Positions 1 to 13,724 of a DNA stretch of 64,000 bases are shown piece after piece. The DNA comes from the human T2T-CHM13v2.0 reference genome, Homo sapiens. The stretch lies in NCBI RefSeq assembly GCF_009914755.1, contig NC_060930.1, one strand, 5' to 3'. A program made the translations under genes and the position numbers. Numbering within the stretch: the stretch's first letter is position 1; every line of letters begins with the position of its first letter. Below the pieces are notes generated by a model. It was given only the letters and a program-made list of their open reading frames with translations, ran no database searches and was not told the origin of the DNA.

Positions 1-588
1 CCTGACACGTCCCCCATCGTGTGCCCACATAAACCTGAGACCTTAGTGGACACAAAACACAAAAGCGGCAGAGAGCGGCGGCAAGCAGCAGAGAGGAGCA
101 GGGCGCCACGCAGAGGAGAAAAGGGGCATCAGAACGTCAAGAGGAGTTTGGCCCAGAACAGCCAAACTCCAGGGTAGGATTATCTCCCCCAACCCACCTT
201 CCCACTCCAGCTCCCCATCTGGCTGAAAGCCATCTTCGCTGCTCAGTAAAGTCTCCGCATTCATCACCTTTCAAACAGTTCATATGACCTTATTAGTCCA
301 GGACCGCGACAAGAATCTGGGGGTTAACAGTCAGCCATCCCCAGAAGGCAAGGCTAAAGGAGTACATTGTGTAACATACGCCTACTTGGGCTTCGGGAGT
401 CGTAGCCACCCACCCCTAGACACTGCAGTGGGGCCGGAGCCCAAAAGCGCTCTCCCTGGCTCCTACACCTGCCAGTCTGCATGCTGCCCTTGTCCCATAA
501 CGGATTTGAGATCTCAGTGGCCGAACAGAGAGCCACAGCCATGTTACACGTCCTGCGAGGGAGGTGGGCAGGGGACTCTCCTGTTTCA
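1..588 (+). mobile_element. ERV1-class LTR, LTR1/LTR28/MER52-like (3' part; runs off window start)
   Basis: GC/CpG-rich segment ending ...ACACGTCCTGCGAGGGAGG...GGGACTCTCCTGTTTCA, resembling the LTR1-family 3' terminus; abrupt switch to AT-rich DNA after CA at 588; no primer-binding site follows. Confidence 0.75.
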
Positions 589-825
589 TAATGTGCATGT
601 GTATCCTGTGTATTTCCATGCATTTATGCTACAATTAAGCAGCATTGCCTTAAGTTTTGTAACCTACCCCACCCAAACTTATTATAATCTAACATTCAAG
701 ATACCTGGGATCTCCAGTTTATAATGAGCTCAATGTTTCCCATTTCTAGAAAATCTTACTACCAATCATTTTCTCTTTTTTATCACATTCTTATTCTAAC
801 AAGTATGTACATTTTAAGGTAAATA

Positions 826-1148
826 CAGTCCTCCCTCACCCTGAGGGATCGATTGCAGGACATCTCACGAATGCCAAAATTCGTGGAGGCCCGAGTCCTT
901 GATATAAAATAGTATAGTATTTATATAGACCCTATACACATATTCCCCTATACTTTATCTCTAGATTACTAATAACACTTAATATGCTGTAAATACTATG
1001 TAAAGAGTTGTTATACTGTATTAAGAAATAATGACAAGAAAAAAGTATATATATATGTTTAGTACAAATGCAATTTTTTTGGAATATTTTAGATCTGTGG
1101 TTGGTTGAATATATGTAGGTGGAACCCACAAATACAGAGGGTTGACTA
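826..1148 (+). mobile_element. MER2 (TcMar-Tigger non-autonomous DNA transposon)
   Basis: TA|CAGTCCTCCCTC start, internal GATATAAAATAGTATAGTATTT and GTTGTTATACTGTATT, end TGGTTGGTTGAAT...GGAACCCACAAATACAGAGGGTTGACTA. Confidence 0.9.
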
Positions 1149-2351
1149 TGTTTATTTTTATTTCTCAAAGTATGCATAGGTTACTCTATGTTAGAATAAC
1201 CTGTACCTCTCACTATATCTCTCTGTTATATTGTATATTTACTTTAACACTTTATGCAGAATGGTGTATTCTGAAATGCATCCTTGAAGAGAAGAGCTCT
1301 GTCTATCTAGATTACTATATATACAAGAGAGTCCATTACATTATGGTGATGATTAATAACAAACACTTAAAAGTAAGGAAACCACAACCCTTTCTAAGGG
1401 CTCGGGACTTCATAAACACTGAGTAACATTAATATGCTATTGGTTTATAAACACCAGAATATGTCAAATATAGTAATAAATCCAAAGCTCAATGAACAAT
1501 AAATTAGGATTGATAATATTACATCAAGGAATATATCAAAGGAATATAAAGGAATCATTTTTTATTAGAATTCCAATAAAATTTGAAGCCCTTAAGATTT
1601 CTGCATAGTGCTTTGTAGAGATAAGTGCTTAATTTTTTTTTTCTGTTGATTGAGCAGTTGCATTCCTCATAAATGCCTTCTGATCTTTTGATAACTGTCC
1701 TCATATAAAGGATGATTTCACTAATCACACATTTCATCATTTGAATTGCTCCTTATTTTCATTTTATGACTGAATTTTCGTGACCATGTATTTATATTTA
1801 ATTACTTCTTATAAGCCCTATTCCATACTTGATAAGGCATTTTGCACAGTTAGTAAATAAATTCATTAACGTATAAATATCAACATGTAAAACATTTATT
1901 TAATATAAAACAAATGTGTAGACTCACTGAAAGAAGGTCTACACATTTAAAGTGTTTTCTTCCCAGTATTAACCAGGCTTATTTTCAGATTTTATCTCCT
2001 CGGTGATGCCCAAAGCAACCTGCCAACATGCAACTGTTTTTATTACCTGAGTAGTAGATATAGCAACTACTAGAAGTTGAAAAGAAAGCCCAGAAAATTT
2101 GAGAATAAAATGTTTTTTTTATTCAGTCCTAGCATAAGCACAAATAGTGCTATGTGAAACTTCTTACTTTGAAACTTAAGCAAGTCTGTTTCCAATGATA
2201 GCTCTGAATTATACTTTATCTTTCCATTCAGTAGGTTGTAACTAAGATATGTCTGGAAGACTAAACTGGTTTTTCTAATTTGTTCTGTTTCTAGCTCCTG
2301 AATTGGATAACAAGAGGTGATAGCTTTCTTCTGCCTTTTGTCTTGTATAAC

Positions 2352-3239
<888 letters not shown>

Positions 3240-3354
3240 ATAACATATTTTATTCACGTACTTTAAAATTTGTATCCATAGTGTGGAGAAATAAAATGTT
3301 AAACTATTGGTAGTATAAAAATTACATAATTATACTTATATCTTTACTAAGTTT

Positions 3355-3534
<180 letters not shown>

Positions 3535-4331
3535 TAATTAGTACAATCAGAACTTAAAATGCTACCATAATTTTATGTTGTTCGTATGAATGTGCCAATC
3601 TTTATTGCTTTATAAATAATTATCACAGTTTGTATATTTATCTTGTAAACAAACCTTATTAGAATTTATACTTTCTCTCCTTCCTGTGAGAATCTCATTT
3701 CTATTAGTTTCAAGGTTATCACTACCTGTGGGTTTACATTTCATGATCCTTACATACCAAATTCAGGCCACTCAGAGCCAATTCACATTTCTTCCAGGTC
3801 AGTACAATCATTTTATAATAAAATTTAATGTTTCTTACAATGGATAAATTATCACAATCTTTTCTCTAAAGTGATTTATGACTTCAAAAATGTTTTTGTC
3901 TAATCCTTTGCTAGGTAAAAACAATTTGTATTTTAATCACATTTCTTCATAGCTATTATATTTTTGATTAAATAACATTTTTCATGAAAATCCCTGTATT
4001 AACATTATATGCCAGAAATCATTTTTATATTTATTAACCATGCTCCAATTTGTTAAATATATGTTATATATATGAGACAAAATTTTGAGTTAAACAAATA
4101 CTTGAAATCAAGAGAATATCCAGCATAATTGTCATTTTGAAAGTTCCGACTACATGCATTTCACTCAGATCTCATCTTACCACTGAAAATGATAGAAAAT
4201 TATGGACACATTATATATTACATGTTATAAAATATATTGTTCTGTAAAACATATAATTTTGTATAATTTCAATGTACTCTCTTGATGCTTGCACTATTAA
4301 ACAGTACCTGTGTTTCTCCCAGATTATTATA

Positions 4332-4584
4332 CAGTGTTCTCTCAGTATCCATGGGGGATTTGCTCCAGGTGCTCCTGTGGGTACTTGAGCTATGTATGCT
4401 CAAGTTTCTTATATGAAATGGTATAGTATTTGCATATAACCTATGCACATTGTCCCGTATAGTTTAAATCATCTCAGTATTACTTATAATACCTAATATA
4501 ATGTAAATATGTAAACAGTTGTTATACAATTTTGTTTAGAAAATAATGGCAAAAAAAAAGATTTGACATCTTCATTATAGATGC
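4332..4584 (+). mobile_element. MER2, 5' part (split by the full-length L1)
   Basis: TA|CAGTGTTCTCTCAGTATCCATGGGGGATT...GTATTTGCATATAACCTATGCACAT. Confidence 0.9.
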
Positions 4585-4802
4585 TTATTAATATTATTAT
4601 TATACTTTAAGTTCTAGGGTACATGTGCACAATGTGCAGGTTTGTTACATATGTATACATGTGCCATGTTGGTTTGCTGCATCAATTAACTCCTCATTTG
4701 CATTAGGTATTTCTCCTAATGCTATCCCTCCCCCTGCCCTCCGCCCCGTGAGAGGCCCCCGTGTGTGATGTACCCTGCTCTGTGTCCAAGTGTTCTCATT
4801 GT

Positions 4803-7800
4803 TCAGTTCCCATCTATGAGTGAGAACATGTGGTGTTTGGTTTTCTCTCCTTGTGATAGTTTGCTCAGAATGATGGTTTCCAGTTTCATCCATGTCCCTG
4901 CAAAGGACATGAACTCATCCTTTTTAATGGCTGCACAGTATTCCACGGTGTATATGTGCCACATTTTCTTAATCCAGTCTATTATTCATGGCCATTTGGG
5001 TTGTTTCCAAGTTTTTGCTATTGTGAGTAGTGCCACAATAAACACACGTGTGCATGAGTCTTTATAGTCGAATGATTTTTAATACTTTGGGTATATACCC
5101 AGTAATGGGATCGCTGGGTCAAATGGTATTTCTAGTTCTAGATCCTTGAGGAATCGCCACACTATCTTCCACAATGGTTGAACTAGTTTACAGTCCCACC
5201 AACAGTGTAAAAGCGTTCCTATTTTTCCACATCCTCTCCAGCATCTGTGGTGTCGACTTTTTAATGATCGGTATTCTAACTGGTGTGAGATGGTATCTCA
5301 TTGTGGTTTTGATTTGCATTTCTCTGATGACCAGTGATGATGAGCATTTTTTCATGTGTCTGTTGGCTGCATTAATGTCTTCTTTTGAGAAGTGTCTGTT
5401 CTTATCCTTTGCCCACTTTTGGTGAGGTTGTTTGTTTTTTTCTTGTAAATTTGTTTAAGTTCTTTGTAGATTCTGGATATTAGCCCTTTGTCAGATGGGT
5501 AGATTGCAAAAATTTTCTCCCATTCTATAGGATGCCTGTTCACTCTGATGGTAGTTTCTTTTGCTGTGCAGAAACTCTTTAGCTTAATTATATCCCAATT
5601 GTCTATTTTGGCTTTTGTTGCCATTGCTTTTGGTGTTTTAGTTATGAAGTCCTTGCCCCATGCCTATGTCCTGAGTGGTGTTGCCTAGGTTTTCTTCTAG
5701 GGTTTTTATGGTTTAGGTCTAACATTTAAGTCTTTAATGCATCTTGAGTTAATTTTTGTATAAGGTGTAAGGAAGGGATCCAGTTTCAGCTTCCTACATA
5801 TGGCTAGCCAGTTTTCCCAGCACCATTTATTAAATAGGGAATCCTTTCCCCATTGCTTGTTTTTGTCAGGTTTGTCAAAGATCAGATGGTTGTACATGTG
5901 TGGTGTTATTTCTGAGGCCTCCGTTCTGTTCCATTGATCTAGCTTCCTGTTTTGGTACCAGTACCATGCTGTTTTTGTTACTGTAGTCTTGTAGTATGGT
6001 TTGAATTCAGGTAACGTGATGCCTCCAGCTTTGTTCTTTTTGCCTAGGATTGTCTTGGGAATACAGGCTCTTTTTAGGTTCCATATGAACTTTAAAGTAG
6101 TTTTTTCTAATTCTGTGAAGAAAGTTATTGGTAGCTTGATGGGGATGGCATTGAATCTATAAATTACCTTGGGCAGTATGGCCATTTTCACGATATTGAT
6201 TCTTCCTATCCAAGAGCATGGAATGTTCTTCCATTTGTTTGCGTCCTCTTTTATTTCATTGAGTAGTGGTTTGTAGTTCTCCTTGAAGAGGTCCTTCATA
6301 TCCCTTGTAAGTTGGATTCCTAGGTATTTTATTCTCTTTGTAGCAATTGAGAATGGGAGCTCACTCATGATTTGGCTCTCTGTTTGTCTGTTATTGGTAT
6401 GTAGGAATGCCTGGGATTTTTGCAATTGATTTTGTATCCTGAAACTTTGCTGAAGTTGCTTATCAGCTTAAGAAGATTTTGGGCTGAGGTGATGGGGTTT
6501 TCTAAATATACAGTCATGTCATCTGCAAACAGGGACAATCTGACTTCCTCTTTTCCTAACTGAATACCCTTTATTTCTTTCTCTTGCCTCATTGCCCTGG
6601 CCAGAACTTCCAACACTATGTTGAATAGGAGAAGCGACAGAGAGCATCCCTGTCTTATGCCCGTTTTCAAAGGGAATGCTTCCAGTTTTTGCCCATTCAG
6701 TATAATATTGGCTGTGGGTTTGTCATAAATAGTACTTATTATTTTGAGATACGTTCCATCAATACCGAGCTTATTGAGAGTTTTTATCATGAAGGGCTGT
6801 TGTATTTTGTCAAAGGCCTTTTCTGCATCTATTGAGATAATCATGTGGTTTTTGTCATCGGTTCTGTTTATGTGATGGATTACGTTTATTGGTTTGCATA
6901 TGTTGAACCAGCCTTTCAACCCAGGGATGAAGCTGACTTGATCGTGGTGGATAAGCTTTTTGATGTGCTGCTGGATTCGGTTTGCCAGTATTTTATTGAG
7001 GATTTTTGCATTGATGTCCATCAGGGATATTAGTCTAAAATTCTCGTTTTTGTGTGTGTCTCTGCCAGGCTTTGGTATCAGGATGATACTGGCCTCATAA
7101 AAAGAGTTACGGAGGATTCCCTCTTTTTCTATTGATTGGAATAGTTTCAGAAGAAATGGTACCAGCTCTTCCTTGTACCTCTGGTAGAATTTGGCTGTGA
7201 ATCCGTCTGGTCCTGGTCTTTTTTTCGTTGGTAGGCTATTAATTATTGCCTCAATTTCAGAGCCTGTTATTGGTCTATTCAGAGATTCAACTTCTTCCTG
7301 GTTTAGTCTTGGGAGGGTGTATGTGTCCAGGAATTTATCCATTTCTTCTAGATTTTCTAGTTTATTTGTGTAGAGGTTTCCATAGTGTTCTCTGCTGGTA
7401 GTTTGTATTACTGTGGGATTGGTGGTGATATCCTCTTTATCATTTTTTATTGTGTCTATATGATTCTTCTTTCTTTTCTTCTTTATTAGTCTTGCTAGCA
7501 GTCTATCAATTTTGTTGATCTTTTCAAAAACCAGCTCCTGGATTCATTGATTTTTTGAAGGTTTTTTGTGTCTCTATGTCCTTCAGTTCTGCTCTGATCT
7601 TAGTTATTTCTTGCCTTTTGCTAGCGTTTGAATGTGTTTGCTCTTGCTTCTCTAGTTCTTTTAATTATGAGGTTAAGGTGGCGATTTTAGATCTCTCCTG
7701 CTTTCTCTTGTGGGCATTTAGTGCTATAAATTTCCCTCTACACACTGCTTTAAATGTGTCCCAGAGATTCTGGTATGTTGTGTCTTTGTTCTCATTGGTT

Positions 7801-8629
7801 TCAAAGAACATCTTTATTTCTGCCTTCATTTCGTTATGTACCCAGTAGTCACTCTGGAGCAGGTTGTTCAGTTTCCATGTAGTTGTGCAGTTTTGAGTGA
7901 GTTTCTTAATCCTGAGTTCTAATTTGATTGCACTGTGGTCTGAAAGACAGTTTGTTGTGATTTCTGTTCTTTTACATTTGCTGAGGAGTGCTTTACTTCC
8001 AACTATGTGGTCAGTTTTGGAATAAGTGTGATGTGGTGTGGAGAAGAATGTATATTCTGTTGATTTCGGGTGGAGAGTTCTGTAGATGTTTATTAGGTCC
8101 ACTTGGTGTAGAGCTGAGTTCAAGTCCTGGGTATTCTTGTTAATCTTCTGTCTCGTTGATGTCTAATATTGACAGTGGAGTGAAAAGTCTCCCATTATTA
8201 CTGTGTGGGAGTCTAAGTCTCTTTGTAGGTCTCTAAGGACTTGCTTTATGAATCTGGGTGCTCCTGTATTGGATGCATACATATTTAGGATAGTTAGTTC
8301 TTCTTGTTGAATTGATCCCTTTACCATTATGTAATGGCCTTCTTTGTCTCGTTTGATCTTTGTTGGTTTAAAGTCTGTTTTATCAGAGACTAGGATTGCA
8401 ATCCCTGCATGTTTTTTTTTTTTTCCTTTCCATTAGCTTGGTAGATCTTCCTCTGTCCCTTAATTTTGAGCCTATGTTTGTCTCTGCACATGAGATGGGT
8501 CTCCTGAATACAGCACACTGATGGGTCTTAACTCTTTATCCAATTTGCCAGTCTATGTCTTTTAATTGGGGCATTTAGCCCATTTACATTTAAGGTTAAT
8601 ATTGTTATATGTGAATTTGATCCTGTCAT
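4803..8629 (-). pseudogene. L1 ORF2 (endonuclease/reverse transcriptase), fragmented by frameshifts and stops
   Basis: ATGACAGGATCAAATTC start at 8629; ORF-track pieces 7665-8123 ([12 protein letters not shown]), 6365-7342 (RT, LFADDM), 5706-6425 and 5352-5624 are not one continuous frame. Confidence 0.92.
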
Positions 8630-8692
8630 TATGATGTTAGCTGGTTATTTTGCCCGTTAGTTGATGCAGTTTCTTCCTAGCATCGATGGTCT

Positions 8693-9717
8693 TTACAATT
8701 TGGAATGCTTTTGCAGTGGTTGGTAGCAGTTGTTCCTTTCCATGTTTAGTGCTTCCTTCAGGAGCTCTTGCAAGGAAGGTCTGGTAGTGACAAAATCTCT
8801 CAGCATTTGCTTGTCTATAAAGGATTTTATTTCTCCTTCACTTATGAAGCTTAGTATGGCTGGATATGAAATTCCGGGTTGAAAATTCTTTTCATTAAGA
8901 ATGTTGAATATTGGCCCCCACTCCCTTCTGGCTTATAGAGTTTCTGCTAAGAGATCGGCTGTTAGCCTGATGGGCTTCCCTTTGTGGGTAACCCGACCTT
9001 TCTCTCTGGCTGCCCTTAACATTTTTTCCTCATTTCAACCTTGGTAAATCTGACAACTATGTGTCTTGGGGTTGCTCTTCTTGAGGATTATCTTTGTGAT
9101 GTTCTCTGTATTTCTGGAATTTGAATGTCTGCCTGCCTTGCTAGGTTGGGGAAGTTCTCCTGGATAATATCCTGAAGAGTGTTTTCTAACTTGTTTCCAT
9201 TCTCCCCATCACTTTCAGGTACACCAATCAATCATAGATTTGTTCTTTTCTCATAGTCCCATATTTCTTGGAGGGTTTGTTCATTTCTTTTTGCTCTTTT
9301 TTCTCTAAACCTCTCCTCTTACTTTATTTCATTAATTTGATGTTAAATCACTGATACCCTTTCTTCCACTTGATTGAATCAGCTATTAAAGCTTGTGCAT
9401 GCATCATGTAGTTCTCATGCCATGGTTTTCAGCTCCATCAGGTCATTTAAGGTCCTTTCTACACTGTTTATTCTAGTTAGCCATACGGCTAATCTTTTTT
9501 CAAGGTTTTTAGCTTCCTTGAGATGGGTTCAAACATCCTCCTTTAGCTCAGAAAAGTTTGTTATTACTGACCTTCTGAAGCCTACTTCTGTCAGCTCGTC
9601 AAAGTCATTCTTCGTCCAGCTTTGTTCTATTGCTGGCAAGGAGCTGCAATCCTTTGGAGGAGAAGAGGTGCTCTGATTTTTAGAATTTTCAGCTTTTCTG
9701 GTCTGGTTTCTCCCCAT
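8693..9717 (-). pseudogene. L1 ORF1 (RNA-binding/coiled-coil protein), disrupted
   Basis: MGRNQTRKAENSKNQSTSSPPKD... from ATG at 9717; premature TGA at 9529-9531. Confidence 0.9.
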
Positions 9718-10764
9718 CTTTGTAGTTTTATCTACCTTTGGTCTTTGATGCTGGTGACCTACAGATGGGGTTTTGGTGTGGATGTCCCTTTTGTTGATGA
9801 TGATGCTATTCATTTCTGTTTGTTAGTCTTCATTCTAAGAGTCAGCTCCCTCAGCTACAGCTCTGTTGGGGTTTGCTGGAGGTCCACTCCAGACCCTGTT
9901 TGCCTGGGTATCACCAGCGGAGACTGCAGAACAGCAAATATTACAGAACAGCAAATATTGCTGACTGATCCTTCCTCTGGAAGCTTCATCCCAGAAGGGC
10001 ACCCACTTGTATGAGGTGTCAGTCGGCCCCTACTGGTAGGTGTCTCCCAGTTAGGCTACACGGGGGTCAGGGACCCACTTGAGGAGGCAGTCTGTTCATT
10101 CTCAGAGTTCATTCAAACATGGTGCTGGGAGAACCACTGCCCTCTTCAGAGCTGTCAGACAGGGATGTTTAAGTCTGCAGAAGTTTCTGCTGCCTTTTGT
10201 TCAGCTATGCCCTGCCCCCAGAGGTGGGGTCTACAGAGGCAGCAGGCCTTGCAGAGCTACCATGGGCTCCACCCAGTTCGAGGTTCCCTGGCTGCTTTGT
10301 TTACCTACCCAAGCCTCAGCAATGGCGGACGCCGCTCCCCCTGCCAGGCTGCTGCCTTGCAGGTAGATCTCAGATTGCTGCGCTAGCAGTGAGCAAGGCT
10401 CTCTGGGCATGGGACCCACTGAGCCAGGTGCGGAATATAATCCCCTGGTGTGTCATTTGCTAAGACAGGAGATTGGAAAAGCACAGTATTTGGGCAGGAG
10501 TGTCCCAATTTTTCAGGTACCATCTGTCACGACTTCCGTTGGCTAAGAAAGGGAAATCCCCAAACCCTTGCACTTCCCGGGTGAGGTGATGCCCCGCTCT
10601 GCTTCAGCTCACCCTCCATGGGCTGCATCCACTGTCCAACTAGTCCCAGTGAGATGAACCAGGTACCTCAGTTGGAAATGCAGAAATCACCTGTCTTCTG
10701 CATGGATCACACAGGGAGCTGCAGATTGGAGCTGTTCCTATTCAGCCATCTTGGAACAGAATCA
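9718..10764 (-). promoter_or_regulatory. L1 5'UTR internal promoter with YY1 site (10745-10753); antisense-promoter/ORF0 region
   Basis: GCCATCTTG (= CAAGATGGC YY1 motif on the - strand) near the 5' end; GC-rich ~1.05 kb 5'UTR; activity not demonstrable from sequence. Confidence 0.6.
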
Positions 10765-10850
10765 CTTTTTTTTTTGGTTTTTTAACATTTTCAATTTCTG
10801 GTTAGTTAAGTCCATGGATGTGGAACTCATAGATACAAAATCTTAGCTAT
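10765..10850 (+). mobile_element. MER2, 3' remainder
   Basis: TTTTCAATTTCTGGTTAGTTAAGTCCATGGATGTGGAACTCATAGATAC matches the MER2 3' end seen intact at ~1090-1148. Confidence 0.8.
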
Positions 10851-11809
10851 AATTTCTCTAAATATTTGAAAATATTGCTAAATATTTAAAAATACAATTT
10901 AATATTCTAAAAAATTAAGTTCTTAGAATACACACAATTACTAACATTCTCAGTAAAAATAAATGTTTATGCTATCAACCCAAAATTTCAAATAGAATAT
11001 GACAATTATCCCAAATATAGGTATATATATAAAGATATATACATTTTTAATCACATAGCTTAAAATAAATAATATATATTATTTTACACACAATATAATA
11101 TATATTATTTATCTTAATATATATTATATATATTTGGGATAATTATCTTGGGGTAATATATTCTCTTTGAGATAATATATATATTTTAATCACATAGCAT
11201 ATTAGGGGAGGAATCACGTTTTAAAACATTCAGACATTATAGACATAGCAAAAAAGAACAATAAAAATTTATTTTTATCCTAATTTTAAAATAATTGTAT
11301 TATAACTAAGAAATTGTATAACCTTTTAGCATAATTATATTTTCATAATCATGTTGAATAATTATAATGAATTTTAGAATACAAATATAAGATTTGTATA
11401 TATTGGTTAATTCAATGAAATAGAAATATTTATTTCTGAATGATTTTCTAATATATGTTCATTTATCTTCTTATTTATTTAAATTAAGAGTGCAGAAAAA
11501 TATTACTTGATAGAGATCATTCTTTTAATTGTTAGAAATATTCTATGTATAGCAAACTTTATTTAAAAAAATAAAAACTGCATTCCTCACCACAAAAAGT
11601 TTTTTTCCCTCTCAAATATATGCAACTGGACAATAACACTCATAACTTTCTATACATTTAATATTTTATATCATCCCTAATACACATTTACCTCTCCCTC
11701 AAACTACCAAAAAGAAGGTAAATAAATTTTAAAATACTGTGAAATTTTTAACTATCCAAGTATTATAATTAACAGATATTTTATTTGTTGACTATTTCTC
11801 CACAACATC

Positions 11810-12050
11810 CAACAGACAAATACAATGATGTCTGCTCTCACCGCTTATATTAAACAATTTAACCATTGCTCTAAAGTACAAAAGAGAAATTCAGTTCAAG
11901 TTAAAAGGAAGAAACAAAACTTTTATTCATATATGCTATTATCGCATACTTACAAAATCTTAAGGGGGAAAAAGTTACAACTAATAAGATTAAGTTAGAT
12001 CCCAGACACTGATATGAATATGCACACACATACACACTCAAAAGTACCTG
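11810..12050 (+). mobile_element. Ancient L1M ORF2 fragment
   Basis: GATGTCTGCTCTCACCGCTTATATTAAAC...AAAAGGAAGAAACAAAACT resembles a degenerate L1 RT region. Confidence 0.5.
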
Positions 12051-12365
12051 TTGTTAAAGCAAATATATAAAAATTTGAATTTTTTTGTTTTTGCTTTTGT
12101 TTTCAATTCGTTGGGGAGAGAACAGTTTGCTTAGTATAAAAATAATTTGTGAGGCAAAGAGTACAGATGAGGATGGCAAACACGGGATATATGCTCTCCT
12201 CAGTCTGGCCCTACGGAATGGGCATGCTCCCCTATCATAAATGGGGTGAGTAAGGGCAGAAATGTGCTGCTATAAGTAAAACATAGGCAGAAAATAAGTT
12301 TTTTATGCTATCTTGCTCACGGTCTTTATCTATATTGTATCCCAAATAGACTTTAATAGTTATTC

Positions 12366-12714
<349 letters not shown>

Positions 12715-12806
12715 TTAGAAGGAATTTTATGTATTATTTATGTTTTTCCTAATTTAAATCTTTACTAGCACTGTTATTTGGAAGTATAACTCTCTTTCTC
12801 TTCCTA

Positions 12807-12840
12807 TGTGTGTGTGTGTGTGTGTGTGTCTGTATGTGTA
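12807..12840. repeat. (TG)n microsatellite
   Basis: Direct observation. Confidence 0.9.
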
Positions 12841-12999
12841 GCAGTAGGCTTCTCCAAAGAGAAAGTGGTACCTGCCAGATCTCTTTAGTGTCTAGGCTCA
12901 TACCTATCACAGCATCATTTCCACCACATTTCACATTTTATGTCCTGCAGGATTTTACTGAGAATAATAAAGTATAGAAGAGTGAGTAAAAGCAATGAT

Positions 13000-13115
13000 G
13001 CTTGAAAATTGCTAAAAGAGTATATCTTAAATATTGTCACCATGAAAATAAGTATATGTAAATCAGCTTCATTTAATCATTTCATGATGTATAAATAAAC
13101 CAAAATATCAAGAAA
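13000..13115 (+). mobile_element. L1MA/MB 3'-end fragment
   Basis: GAAAATTGCTAAAAGAGTATATCTTAAATATTGTCACCA...ATCATTTCATGATGTATA. Confidence 0.65.
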
Positions 13116-13119
13116 AAGA

Positions 13120-13260
13120 AAAGAGTAATGGTACTAGTATCAGACAAATATAGGTTTTGTCTTGGCTTTTTTACTCAAAGCTGAGTGATCCTGGATAATG
13201 CATTTAAAATCTCTAAGACTCATTTTTCTTTCTTATAAAATGGGAATTAAAATAGGTCAT
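13120..13260 (+). mobile_element. MIR fragment
   Basis: GCTGAGTGATCCTGGATAA...TCTCTAAGACTCATTTTTCTT..TATAAAATGGG MIR core. Confidence 0.6.
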
Positions 13261-13724
13261 GTTAGAAGGAATTTGCATTGTTTTATTAATAGTGATTCAA
13301 AGGTTAGAAAATATATCGTTATGTAATATATTTTATTTTAAAAGTCCTAAAATTAACCAACATCATCAAGAAAAGTTTTAGGGAGTTCACATTTTTTTTT
13401 CCATCAATTTGGTCTAAACTGAAGAATGTGATTTTCCACATGTTAAGATGAGAACCATGTAATTAGTTATTTAAAATAAGGAAGTGGTTGGGGATACCTC
13501 AACTTTTATTACAGTAACCCATAAGATTTCAATTAGTCAGTGGTCAGCATTGTTATTTTATCTTGTAGGACTGAATCAAACAACATATGAAATGTCATTT
13601 ATTTCGCAATTTGGACGTTTTTACTATAGTTTAAATCTGAGTCAGGGAATCAGCCTAAGAGCACACATTGTATTGTGTTTCATTCAGGTATGTGAGTAAA
13701 CACGTGTGTGTCATTCATATGTAA

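Larger units (their letters stand above)
4585..10764 (-). mobile_element. Full-length LINE-1, L1PA7-like (~6.2 kb), inactivated
   Basis: 3'UTR/degenerate polyA at ~4585, continuous ORF2 and ORF1 homology, complete 5'UTR beginning TTCCAAGATGGCTGAATAGGAACAGCTCC on the - strand. Confidence 0.95.

Noticed and set aside
43-724. ORFs of 67-146 aa at the window start
   Set aside because: Lie in or run out of a GC-rich LTR; no recognisable protein
4645-10463. Long ORFs (up to 325 aa) with RT/endonuclease motifs as a gene or novel retro-system
   Set aside because: They are frameshifted pieces or alternative frames of one ordinary L1; ORF1 and ORF2 are both disabled
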